A stretch of 63,784 bases of DNA, filler included, from Octopus bimaculoides (taxonomy: Eukaryota), in NCBI RefSeq assembly GCF_001194135.2. It is 5 parts of 4 records of this genome, joined end to end, with 100 filler letters (N's around TTAATTAATTAA, not from the genome) between each part and the next. Parts side by side here need not be neighbours in the genome. Positions count along the whole stretch, not along the records: positions 49,803 to 54,564 come from NC_068987.1; positions 54,665 to 63,784 come from NC_068990.1; 3 more parts are not named here. One strand, written 5' to 3'. Positions within the stretch are counted from its first letter, which is position 1. Every line of letters starts with the position of its first letter. Below, piece by piece: positions 51,293-63,784 of this stretch. A program made the position numbers and the translations under genes. A model generated the notes under the pieces. That model was not told the origin of the DNA. It worked only from the letters and a program-made list of their open reading frames with translations, and did no database searches.

Positions 51293-51490
51293 CCAAAAGT
51301 ATATTACACATTCAATCTCCTATTTTATTAATACTATTACCCCAACCGCCACTACGAGGTTCCTGCAGTAAATCTACGGATAACAACAGGTAATAGAAAC
51401 TGTGCCGGTGCTTTAGTCATCGTCCATTTATACATTTGTACAATTACTCCATTATATATATATATATATATATATATATNNNNNNNNNNN

Positions 51491-51537
<47 letters not shown>

Positions 51538-51574
51538 CCTCTCGCACACGTGTACGTCTGTATGGTGTGTGTGT

Positions 51575-51775
51575 CTCTGTTTGTGTTTGCTTCGTCCAGC
51601 CTGTACCGGTTTGTTTAAGTCACCGTAACGAAGCCGTTCGGCAAAAGACACCCATAGAATAAGTAACAGGTTTAAAAAAAAAAAAACCCCGGTATTGAAT
51701 CATTCGACTGGGGAAATTCTTCAAGGCGATGCCCCAGCATGGCTGCAGTCTAGTGTCTGAAACAAGTAAAAGATA
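51575..51775 (+). mobile_element. SINE family C, 3' half
   Basis: CGTTCGGCAAAAGACACCCATAGAATAAGT...CAGCATGGCTGCAGTC..TGAAACAAGTAAAAGA. Confidence 0.8.
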
Positions 51776-54245
51776 TGGAAATGTAACTGGTTTCATGCTG
51801 TCAGGCTACATATCAGTTTGCATGACAAACATATCCCTCGAGACATTGTAGGATGTAATATCTTTACGAGCAGCAGGGATCATATACCTTGTAATTTTGT
51901 GTGAGCCAGTTAGGCCAAGAGGGTATTCTCAGTTATAAATAACCAATTACTTGAAATTCATTAACAACGTGTTTACCTGGTGACAACAATAGACAAATGG
52001 ATTTTTCCATGAATGCATACTGTAGGCTGCCCTTTTATGTGCAGTTTCTCACAGAAGCAATGCTGATATTTATGAGTTATGCGACAGTATGAAGGGACTA
52101 GTCATCAATTACGTTGGAAAGTCGTTTCACAGGGTTCTGAAATCACAAAACGAAGCCTAACAGGAAGATAAGCTTTTCACTTTGCATACAATTAAAGGAA
52201 TGCAAACGTTGAAAGAGTATAATCTCGTGTCCCAACACAGAGCCTATATAATCAATTTTAATGCAATAACATAAATCACACATCACTTGTCCTAAGATAT
52301 TACCACCAAATAAAAATATATCTCAAATCAAACAAATATTCTCGAACTAAACACAACCCAGACAAAAAGCAACACATGTTCCTGTATAATTCATATCCGA
52401 CTTTTAGCATTAATAACTTTTCTATACAATTATTAGACGATAATATAACCCCACACAAGACATAATGTATAATAACCATCCGGCTCTTGAACTCATAACA
52501 CGATTCACTCAGCGAACTTGGAACACGAATTTCATCTAACAAATAAGACAACACACATTGCTCGTTCAATTTACAAGCAAATAAACAAATGTAGGCGAGT
52601 GGTAAAAGAGACGCAGATAATATGGTTTTGCAATTATGAAGTTAGCATTGTAAACACACAGCTCTATAGGTTCAAGTTCAGTTCCACTGCACGGCACCTT
52701 GAACTCACCAATGCCTCCTGTACGAATTTTATCGACAATATCTGCATGGAATCACGATGTATAGATGTGTGTGTGCGTGTATGTGATCCCTCAAGTTTTA
52801 TCGGCAAAAAGGTTCGAAAATATAACGACGCAGATCGTGTCGTATAGCCAACTGGAAACGATGTCACCTGGGGCTAAATTACAGCAACATTCGTCCTAAA
52901 CCAGGACTTCCATGTTATATTGGCAAATAATATTTACTCTAAAGTACTGTTGCTGAATATCTCTCGTTGATGAGATTTACAAATAGTAATTTTTATACAA
53001 AAATGAGAATAATGGAAAGAAGTTCTAAAGGGAGTTGAACAGCAGATCTTCAGAGAAGAAACTTGCTCTGGGACAATTGTTTCGGCCCTTAACTTCTTAT
53101 ACTCTAAGGTAGCCGCGTCCAGATCATGACTTCTGGGTGCCCGTCTGCTGAATTTTTTTTTAACTATTGGCTATCAGAGAGGTGTGCATTTAAACCGATT
53201 GGAGATTTCATCTCGTTGTAATCCCTCTCTGTAGACTCCGCTTTCAAACTAATACTTAAAGCAATAATAATGTTGGTTGTCATGGTAGCGGTGAAACGTC
53301 AAGGCTATCATAATGACTCAATCATAGTTACTTTCCTTAACGTTAAAGCAAAAGTATTACCTTCAAACAGTATGGAAGACGTTTTTGTTCCTCCTTGACC
53401 AAATCCAGCTCGAAGATTTTGACGTTGTCTTAGATATGGCCTTTAGGGCTTTGGTGGTGTTCATCCAAGAAACTAAGAATTGTTTCTACTAAATCCCTGA
53501 ATATGGAGCCCCAATATGGTCGCAGTGCTATGGCTCGAACATGTAAAATATAAAAGATAAAGATGAGACAGTACTAACACAAGAGTAGAACACAACCTGC
53601 TAAATTCTACAGAAAAGCAAAACCGATGCTGTCCACATAGAGACAGTTCTACAGCTTCAAAAAGCCAATACAGAATTCATTACAAAAAAAGCAGCAGCTC
53701 GTTTATGGTGAAGCAGAAACTCTCATGAAACCGTTGAAAATAGAATAAGGATGATAAAGACTTGTGTCTATAAATCAGGGCTTAATCGAATTTCCTCTTT
53801 ATGAATTTCCAGGAAATCAATGTAAAACTATGTTTCTTATTCATTTCCTGCCATCCGCTTCTGTTCTCTCTTGTCTTCAGCTTCTTACGTCTCCACGCAC
53901 GAAACTCACGAACATAAGCCAACATCAAAGAAATTATTATTGTTTGTTAACTTGACGCTGCAATGAAAACTGTTTATAGATTATCTACGACATGTCTATA
54001 TCTATATAGATTGAAATATAGGAAACAGTTATGAATACGATTAGAAATGCAGAAACTGCATGGGAACAATTGACGTTATCATGATCAGTTGCTAAACAAG
54101 ATACGGTAGTTCCCAAGAATTTATTATATAACACGAATATTTCATTCCGTATCATCATCATCATTTTCACCATCATCATCATCAGCTGCAGCAGCAGCAA
54201 CAGCATCTCCTTGACTTTTTCGTTATTATTATTATTATTGTTGTT

Positions 54246-54564
54246 CAGTAGTTTTATTCTTATAACGTGCTTTCACTTCACTACCGAGCGCAGCTCTGTG
54301 TGCCTTGGGTATGTGCTGTGGTTTGCTGTGATGCTACGATGTGTGCAGTGCCCAGTAGTGCAATTTTCTGTATGTTACATATATTTGGAAGTCCTGGTGT
54401 TTTTGTTATGTATTTGTCTGAATATTTTTGTATTATACCTAAGGCACCTACTATGATAGGAATTGTTACTGTGTTTAGATTCCACATTCGTGTTACCTCT
54501 ATTTCCAGGTCTTTGTATTTTGAAAGTTTTTCCATTTCTTTTAGGGAAACGTTGTCATCTGCTG
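54246..54564 (-). mobile_element. R4/Dong-like RLE LINE family 2, endonuclease C-terminus and 3' UTR
   Basis: ADDNVSLKEMEKLSKYKDLEIEVTRMWNL..IPIIVGALG..IQKIALLGTAHI contains the K..KY.DL RLE motif. An (AAT)n tail follows at about 54222-54245. Confidence 0.9.
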
Positions 54565-54664
54565 NNNNNNNNNNNNNNNNNNNNNNNNNNNNNNNNNNNN
54601 NNNNNNNNTTAATTAATTAANNNNNNNNNNNNNNNNNNNNNNNNNNNNNNNNNNNNNNNNNNNN

Positions 54665-54712
<48 letters not shown>

Positions 54713-55395
54713 GTGTGTTGTGTGTGCGTATGGTTGTTCGTATATATTTATGCGTATGTATGACTCAGTATATTTCAGCACATTTACGTTATATTAATTC
54801 TGTTTAAAAAGTTTATTACTCATTTCAAAGATTACACAATAAGTACTCTCTGGACGTTTAGGCGGGAAGATGAATTTTAAAGTTTTGCTAAGCAGAGAAA
54901 AGGGATTTATCGCTAGTTAACATGGAAGTAAAACATAGTTATTGGTTTTATTCTTCGTTATTAATTTTTCGGAGTTTAATTTTACGCGAGCGTGTTAGCT
55001 GGATTGGGCTGAAGGTTTTGATTAAAAGAATATTAAAAAATGCACCTTAGTGGTGATTGTTTTAGCACGTCCGTTCATAAATGTTTAACGGTGCATAGTT
55101 AAAAGTTTCGAAGCTGATAACTGTATTGGATGAATGTTTGGACCAAATGAGATTTCAAAGAACAGTACAAATGCTTGTTACTTGTAATGTCAGTAAATTA
55201 TTAATTATATTATTGAATTCACTCGATTTGACGAGTCATGTATTCAATATAGATGAGAATTCAGTTGAGATTATTATTTTAATTACAATATACAGTGTGT
55301 GTGTTTGTGTGTGTGCATATGTATGTATGTATGTATGTATGTATATATGTATGTATGTATGCATGTATGTGTGCGTGTGTGCATATGTATGTATA

Positions 55396-55792
55396 GAGAA
55401 CTTTTGAATGGAAGGAGACTCCGGCAGAAACCAAGGCTGCGATTTAAGGACTGTGTCAAGTCCTCATTAAAGGCCTGTGATATGCAGGACACTGACTGGG
55501 AGAACAATGCATGTCATCGCCACAGATGGAGGAAGCAGATTAAGGAGGGGATCGACACTTTTGAGAGAGCACGTATCCAGCATGAAGAACTTATGCGAGC
55601 TGCGTGAAAGCGCACGGCTCGTATAGTGAATGGGAAAAGCTTGGTCTGCAATGTTTGCAGTCGTGTATGCTTGTCAAGAGCAGGGCTCATTAGCCACCAA
55701 CGGAGCCGCAAATGCAAAATATTAGTTAGTCCTAGGGCGCACAACGTTCCTGAAGGTCGGCAATGGTCTTCCTCGGTCACGAGTGGACGGCC
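55396..55792 (+). mobile_element. RTE-clade LINE 3' end
   Basis: ELLNGRRLRQKPRLRFKDCVKSSLK...W...RWRKQIKEGIDTFE..R, then CNVCSRVCLSRAGLISHQR (C2H2-like): a typical RTE/BovB C-terminus. Confidence 0.9.
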
Positions 55793-56173
55793 NNNNNNNN
55801 NNNNNNNNNNNNNNNNNNNNNNNNNNNNNNNNNNNNNNNNNNNNNNNNNNNNNNNNNNNNNNNNNNNNNNNNNNNNNNNNNNNNNNNNNNNNNNNNNNNN
55901 NNNNNNNNNNNNNNNNNNNNNNNNNNNNNNNNNNNNNNNNNNNNNNNNNNNNNNNNNNNNNNNNNNNNNNNNNNNNNNNNNNNNNNNNNNNNNNNNNNNN
56001 NNNNNNNNNNNNNNNNNNNNNNNNNNNNNNNNNNNNNNNNNNNNNNNNNNNNNNNNNNNNNNNNNNNNNNNNNNNNNNNNNNNNNNNNNNNNNNNNNNNN
56101 NNNNNNNNNNNNNNNNNNNNNNNNNNNNNNNNNNNNNNNNNNNNNNNNNNNNNNNNNNNNNNNNNNNNNNNNA

Positions 56174-57219
56174 TTTTAGGGAAGTGCTGGGATCCGGTGA
56201 AAAGGACGAGTGCAGAAGCGATACCATGTTGTTTTTGGCTAGAAACTCACGAATGAGGAGAGCTCGGTGACAGGGTGCATTGTCGTCGTGAAAAATCCAT
56301 TTCTTCGCGCTCCACAGATCCGGTCGCTTTCGCCGAATGTCCTCCCTCAAACACTTCAAAACATCACAGTAGAACTTTCGATTGACGGTCTGGCCCCGGG
56401 GTACGTATTTTCGCTGTACAATAGCGTGAATGTCGAAACAATAAAAATAAAGATGACCATGTTCTTGATTGAGTTGCGGTTCTGTTTTGCATTCGTCGGT
56501 CGTGGAAATGAATGGCTCTTTCATTGTGACGACTACTGCTTCTTCTTAAGGTCTGACCCGTAGACCCAACTCTCGTCACTGCTGATGATCTTCAACATGA
56601 AGGGTGGGTCATCAGCGGCACGCCGACGGAGAGCTTGACAGATGTCGACGCAATGTTCTTTCTGCACAAATTTGACAGAGACATGCCGCATGTTCCATTC
56701 AGAGGTTAGGATTTCTTGCACGGATGCATATGACAGACCAACAACAACAACAACAATGTCGATGATTGTCTCCTGATGATCTTCACGCACAAACTGATCA
56801 ATTTTCTCCACATTTTCGGGAGTGAAGTTGGTGGCAGGTCTTTCAAATCGTTCATCGTCTTCCTGGGACGTTTTCCCGCTTTTGAAGCGCCCGTGCTACT
56901 CGAAGCATCGCATACGACCCATTACCTCGCCACCGTAAGCTTTCTGAAGCATGCTGAATGTCTCTGTAGCAGATTCCCAAAGTTTAGCGCAACATTTCTC
57001 GTTAACTCTTTGTTCCTGTCCATGACAAAATCACAAGCTACAGCATGCGCATGATCACAAAAACACAAATTTCACAATTTGTGAATTAAACACAGCGATG
57101 TTACCTGGCACACAGCTTCATGAAGGTCACTGCTAGCTCTCAGCGCGCATGCAACAGCGTTCTGCCATCCATTGGTGCGCTACAGAACTAGCCCGGTAAT
57201 TTTTTGATACTACCTCGTA
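56174..57219 (-). mobile_element. Decayed mariner (DD34D) transposon
   Basis: TA-CGAGGTAGTATCAAAAAATTACCGG TIR. Frameshifted transposase pieces: SATETFSMLQKAYG..RFKSG..EDDER, IISSDESWVYG, FDIHAIV..YVPRGQTVN..FYCDVLKCLREDIRRKRP and FHDDNAPCH. Confidence 0.95.
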
Positions 57220-59754
57220 TAATGTCCCGGAGCAAGAAATTAAATTGTATCTAATTATATGGCCCTCGTTCGCGAGTTCCAGGTTTTGAGGAGCGAAGAA
57301 GCACCTCTTAGCCGCTATTGTTCCCAGTTCTGCTTCGACCCAGATAAGAAATACCAGTCTGGATCGCAGCTAATTAACTAGGGATCAGTTAACATTTTAG
57401 TGCTTGCCTATTTATGCATATAAAACTGGACTCATGAGAGTCTACGAAAGACATCTTCATGGTTCAACGGAGAAGATGGCTGCAGCGACGCATTGTGGTT
57501 TGAAGCGAGCAGACAGAGCGAAGACATCTTAGTCATTCCTTGCATCTTTAATCTAATCTTGCCACTGGATTGAAGACTATCATGGACAAGAGAGTGAAAA
57601 TGACGGTGTCCAAATCTTCACTCCACAGAATCATCGCGCAAGTCATCGGTCACTCTTAAAGTTGATGAAATGGTTCTTGTCGCTCCGACGTGCGAATATC
57701 ATATATATATGATATTCTAGAACACCATTTTTCTACTCACACACGTGATTACTCCAGTCGCATAGTGGTTTACAGCAGCAGGATCTTTTCTTCTAAATTT
57801 ACATTAAAAATTATATTTATTTCTGAAAATGTAATCTCATACTACTGTGTAAATGGATACAAGAATATAAAGTATACTTCATGTTTAGCTTTTGTATTTA
57901 TTTTTGTCTTTGATTTTATCACTGATTCTATGTATATATAAATGTTTATATGCACGTATTCATATATGTATGACTGTGCGCATGCGTTTGTGCATGTGTG
58001 CGTTTCTTTTGTCTAGCTTCAGAATTTGCTTTTATGAGACATTATTTGACACCAGCTGATTGAATGCTTGCATTAGCCTAATTTAGCGGTTCGGTCGCAG
58101 TATACACCGTTAGAATGAGTAGCATACTAACAAAGTAAGTATTGGTATTGATTTAACTGAAAACAAAACCTTCACAGCGGTGCTCTATCGTGACCGAAGC
58201 TAAATGATTGAAACCAGAAAATGCTTAACATAAAATACAGACTGAAAATCGATATGCTTTTTAAATTCAAAAGCAAGTTTTTCAGTATAGTGTTAAAAAT
58301 TATCTATTTGTTTTTAATGATTAAGAAACTTTATAAACCTTTAAAAAATCGACTTAGATATGCTAAGTGTGTTCATTTTGTTAAGATCATCTTCCTTCGA
58401 ACTTTTGCATTGCACAGTGTAGATTTACAGTATTATGTAGAGTTTAATTTGCTGTTTAAAGTAAAATGGTGAATCAAACCGACCGCCTACAATACAAATA
58501 GATGCTTAGGGAATATACTAATCAAACCTTCCAAACTAATTAAATACATTACTTTTTTAGAAACAAGATCAAATTTATAATGACGGGAACTATATAATAG
58601 TTGGTAATTATTTTGTCGCCTTGATTGAGATGAAAAGCTTCCTCATTTCCTATGGGATTTGAACCCAGTTCCAGCGGCATATCATAATGTATCGAGTCCA
58701 GTTCTCAACCGTTTACATCAGCAGTAAAACGTGCAACGAACAAATGATGGACGAGCAAGTAATTCATCATTTCTAGCTATTTAATAGATTAATAGCAATT
58801 GCCCTCACTTAAAAGTGTGATGACACTCTAGAAAGCAAAGTCGGTTGTTTGCGCTACAGCTATTTTTATTGAATTTTCTGCTACTAACAAAATCTCCTCG
58901 TCTCCATCACCACAAATAAAGTGATCAAACAAAAATAAGCACGAATTGGTAGATACATTGTTCCTTGTCTCTTTCCTAGACCAAGGAGATCGAAAAAAAA
59001 ATAATAAGATGAAAAGGAATAATGAAATGAAATAGTAATCTTGGTGTAAGAATAATAGAATTATGATCTCTATGAAACTGAAGAGATGTCCGCCATAAAA
59101 ACAAAATCTACTTTTCAGACAAGATGGCGTCGTTGGCTTTTTATTTGAAGAGCATATTTGTATATCTACTTTTTCTCCAATGCTAAACGATGAATTCGCT
59201 TTCAAAGACATATGCAGCTTTTTGATTAATAAATCAAAGCGACTTACTCCAGAGGCTAGAAAAAATTATATTTAGTATTCTTAGTACTTTTGTCCAGTTG
59301 TTTTCATGCAAATGCTTTACTTGCTCGATAGTGAAAAGCTAACTCGGTCCTGTATTAATTATGAGGAATCTTTTTCGTTTGCCGTTAATCCCTTTTACAA
59401 TCCAGATCTCTGTTCCTATCTTTTCATCAGTTTGGTTTGTTTCACAATAATTTCTCTTGTGCTACATTTTTCACTTCACCTACAAGGTGAAAGGAGAGAG
59501 AGGAAGAGAGAGAATGAGGGAGATATATATATATAGAGAGAGAAAGAATTTCCACATAAAACAAAAAAAATCGAGCAAAGAACTATATCTGTTTGAGAAA
59601 AATGGCACCAGTAGGAGTGCGAGATGTCATGTAGGTTCGACGCTATATTGTTACAGAGAAATACCCTGGAGCAGCTCACCCGATAATAGATAAAAATTAT
59701 GGAAAGAAGACATTTTGCGAGTACTGATTTAATAAAAGCGGTATTATTATTATT

Positions 59755-59810
<56 letters not shown>

Positions 59811-60354
59811 CAACAATAACAACAACAACAACAACAATAATAATAATAATAATAATAATATAATAATAGTAATAATGCTGATATAAGAATAAGAGAAGTG
59901 AAATAGGAGAAAAGAATGAAGAATGATAAAGAACATGAACTAGAAGGGGAATTGTTAAGTCAATCGCAACAAAAAGACGTGGTAAAAGATCTCTTAAGAG
60001 AAAGAATAGAATTAGTAAAGAAATGCCAAGAAGTATGGGAACAGAGTAAATAATCAGAGGAAGAAAAGAAACAGAAACAGGAAATAGAGAAAATAAAGGT
60101 AATCGCAGAAACAAATAAAGAAAATAAGAAGGAAAAAAAAGGTAACTAAAGAGGAACAGTGGGGAACAAAAGGGATAACATGAGGATAGAAAGTAAGTCA
60201 AAAGATCGGTAAAATATTAAATAAATATATGAGATACATAAATAAATGTGTGTTTGTATATATATATATATATATNNNNNNNNNNNNNNNNNNNNNNNNN
60301 NNNNNNNNNNNNNNNNNNNNNNNNNNNNNNNNNNNNNNNNNNNNNNNNNNNNNN

Positions 60355-60446
<92 letters not shown>

Positions 60447-61102
60447 GATAGATAGATAGATAGATAGAAGAAAAAGAGAGAGGGAGAGAATCACTGAGTA
60501 AGGCCGCTGTCAGGCAGAACGATTTCCTGCGGTTCTTAAATTTTCCTTAGAATTCACATATAGTTATTTTGATACCTATAGTAGTTTTAAAATGATTAAA
60601 CTAACTCTATTATGAATCCATTTGTGCATCCCATGACGTAGTAAGTATTTTTCTTTTCTTTTTTTTTTGCATATTTTATTACTAAACTTATTTGGAACGT
60701 AATGGAGGCTTCCAGCTGCTGTATGTGTTAGTGTTAAGCAGACGTTTCTCAACAATTTGTGAAGAGTTGTCACAACGTCCATATCCACTGCCAGGGTCAT
60801 TACATTCCAATGTTGGACAAAGCCATATTTTCATTGCAATCATGCAGAAGACTTTTTATAAGGCGACGCTACTTAATAACTAAGAGTGACTCATTAATAG
60901 TTGTACTGGTCACTTATACTTGTCTACAATATTTGTCATATATTTGTAATGACAGTAGCCGTGGTAGTAATTGCAGTGGCGCTAGTGGTGTCACAGACGT
61001 TATAGCCAGGGCTGATAACTATACAACATGCTTACAAACATTCATACATATGCCTATACATACAGACACATACAGATACTCTCATACATATGCATATATA
61101 CT

Positions 61103-61152
<50 letters not shown>

Positions 61153-61528
61153 AAAAAAGTGAGAGATCTATACAAATCAAATTTTTATATACAAGAGATT
61201 GAGGTAGAAATTGCACACATGCAAGTCTAAGACATTTCAATTTAAGAGGGAATTTAATAAAGATGAGTTTTAAAATCATATAAAGAAAATATTACCGATT
61301 TCGATGAATCTCATCAGTAGAAATTTTTAAAAGTTTGAAGTAAAATAGAGTACACCTAACTCAAAGGAAAATGCTAATTCTTTCTTCAAGAAGACATTCA
61401 TCACAATATACACACCCATCAGCTCGCAGCTGGTCACTTTCCAAACATATTGAAAGGAAATTTAGCACAATACACACACACATGCGCGCGCGCACACACA
61501 CACGCACACACACACACACTCACACACA

Positions 61529-61573
<45 letters not shown>

Positions 61574-61609
61574 TCACTCACACACAAGGGGACATAAAAC
61601 CCATTCAAT

Positions 61610-61809
61610 AAATGCATGTGGCTGCGCTTCAGAATCACATGGTTCCGGGTCCATCTCCACTGCATGTGTCTTCTACTATAGCTACGGACTGGCTAAAGCT
61701 TTGTGAGTGGATTTGGTAGACGGAAACCGAAAATANNNNNNNNNNNNNNNNNNNNNNNNNNNNNNNNNNNNNNNNNNNNNNNNNGCACACACACACACAC
61801 TCACACACA

Positions 61810-61854
<45 letters not shown>

Positions 61855-62024
61855 TCACTCACACACAAGGGGACATAAAACCCATTCAATAAATGCATGT
61901 GGCTGCGCTTCAGAATCACATGGTTCCGGGTCCATCTCCACTGCATGTGTCTTCTACTATAGCTACGGACTGGCTAAAGCTTTGTGAGTGGATTTGGTAG
62001 ACGGAAACCGAAAATAGCCCGTCG

Positions 62025-62088
<64 letters not shown>

Positions 62089-62345
62089 CGTGTGCTCGTG
62101 CGTGTGTGTGTATTTATCTGTATGTGTGTTTGTATCTGTGTTTGTCTTCACATCATCTCTTGACAACAGTTTTTTGTTTTGTTTACGTCTCTGTAACTTG
62201 GTGGCTCATCAAAATAGACCGATGGAATAAGTACTAGTCTTACAAAGAGTAAGTCCTGGGGTGATTTCTTCGACTAAAAGCTCCTTAAGGCTGTGCTCCA
62301 GTGTGACCACAGTTAAATGAAAGAAACAAGTAAAAGAATAAGAAA
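61610..62345 (+). mobile_element. SINE family C, head duplicated across a gap
   Basis: Head, then internal (TG)n at about 62030-62140, then tail ending GAAACAAGTAAAAGAA. Confidence 0.85.
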
Positions 62346-62368
62346 ATGTCTGTGTGTGTGTGTGTGTT

Positions 62369-62417
<49 letters not shown>

Positions 62418-62564
62418 ATATGTATATATATCTTAGTCTATTTCTCTTTCTCATGCAAATTCTTAAGACTATGAACAATTCTGCGTCAGAAGGGTTTGAA
62501 CTCTTAGTAAAGTATGAGACGAAAGAACTCTAACCCGACCAAAAACGCAAAGAACATAGAGGTC

Positions 62565-62860
62565 CCGGGCTGACTTTGCGGTAAAAAGTATGCTTCCGAA
62601 CCACATGGTTCTGGGTTCGGTCTTGCTGTGTGACACCTTGGGCCCGTGTCTTCTTTTATAGCCTCGGGTTGACCAAAGCCTTGTGAGGGCTGTTATATAG
62701 ATAGATAGATAGATAGATAGATAGTAGCCATTCGGCATAAGTGAGCGATAGAATAAGTACAGTTATTTCAAAGTAGTGAGTACTGGGGTTGATCCATTAG
62801 ACTAAAATTCTTCAAGGCAGTGCTCCAGTATGGTCGCAGTCTAATGACTGAAACAGTTAA
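62565..62860 (+). mobile_element. SINE family C, decayed, interrupted by (AGAT)n
   Basis: CCACATGGTTCTGGGTTCGG...GACCAAAGCCTTGTGAG, then GATAGAATAAGTAC...ATGACTGAAACAG. Confidence 0.75.
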
Positions 62861-63747
62861 ACAATTAAAGGCGAAAAATAAAACATAACATGATACATTT
62901 GATGTTTTAAAAGTATGTGAAAGCTGCAACAAGATGGCGTAAAATTAACATCCACTTGAATTCTGAAACATATTTTAACTTCAACCAGAACCCGTTATTA
63001 TATGACTGTACACCACACAGTCACACCGCACTTGCACCACGCTACTGCATAACATAGTGCACTAGATTACTATAACTTATAACTGCCAAGCAGTAATATT
63101 TCATGTTTTTTTTTCTGTAAAAGTTTTTCAGACAAACAAGGATACTGTATCAAAAGGAAGTTTGTATTTTTTCTCCCACGTCCTGCGTTTCTCGCATGCC
63201 TTGGTCCAGAGATCTTTCTCAATGCACGTGATTAGTATCGTTGCATGATAAAAGAAACAGCTAATATCAACGGTAGCAGTTCATGCTGTGTCAGAGTCAT
63301 TCAGTACGTATGCACAATCGTTCTTTGAACGTATGCATTTAAGTACGCATACCTGTATGCAGACATAGGTGTATACACGCATATATGCTACTTTTTAATT
63401 AGTAATATGTACATGCATTTTTGTACATGTGTGTGTGTATGTGTGTGTGTGTGTGTGTATGTGTGTGTGTGTGTGTCTGTGTATTTTCCACATATGTTAT
63501 ATACACTCATACACACACAGTGATATTTATATTTAATTATGTTATACATGCATCATGATGCGTATGTTTGTGTGTGTGTGTATGCATGTGTGCTTACATA
63601 TTTTATGCACATATATAGTTGCTCATATATGTGTACTTATATGCCTATATAAAAATATTTACATTTACATACACATACAACACCCACATTTATACATTTA
63701 TATGTATGAATATATATATATATATATATACTTATATACATACATAT

Positions 63748-63784
<37 letters not shown>

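Noticed and set aside
53833-53970. Very strong polypyrimidine acceptor at 53880
   Set aside because: All frames stop within 30 codons and there is no donor. A terminal exon cannot be supported without RNA data.
55514-56524. 336-aa minus-strand ORF
   Set aside because: A chimera of mariner transposase, a gap and the antisense of an RTE fragment.
59110-59125. AAGATGGCG YY1-like motifs (also about 44569 and 62930)
   Set aside because: Isolated 9-mers with no supporting promoter context.
61586-62016. Apparent 150-bp exact tandem duplication (61586-61735 = 61867-62016)
   Set aside because: The copies flank a gap and are identical, so this is most likely an unmerged contig or haplotype overlap.
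728-62230. Most ORF-track entries ([16 protein letters not shown], poly-N/I/L/K/H, X-runs)
   Set aside because: They are translations of (TA)n, (CA)n, (AGAT)n and trinucleotide microsatellites or N gaps, which simply lack stops.

Overview
Eukaryotic, AT-rich, repeat-saturated DNA with many N gaps that abut (TA)n/(CA)n tracts. The SINE families and microsatellite spectrum match what I recall of coleoid cephalopod (Octopus) genomes; this assignment is inference. No host protein-coding gene is recognisable, and almost all of the supplied ORF track is translated microsatellite or gap. The supportable content is: (i) at least four tRNA-derived SINE families (labelled A-D here) in many copies; (ii) five fragments from three R4/Dong-like RLE LINE families, all adjoining (AAT)n tracts; (iii) an RTE LINE 3' end; (iv) a decayed mariner, a second mariner end, and mariner-, hAT-, piggyBac- and Kolobok-type MITEs; (v) two distinct Penelope-like (PLE) RT remnants. 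The most notable signal is a set of minimal type I hammerhead-ribozyme motifs from several unrelated short repeat families. Several sit in divergent, fold-back pairs, and one forms the 3' tail of a tRNA-headed SINE. This points to a PLE-dependent, ribozyme-bearing non-autonomous retroelement system. A few low-confidence candidate exons are also flagged.
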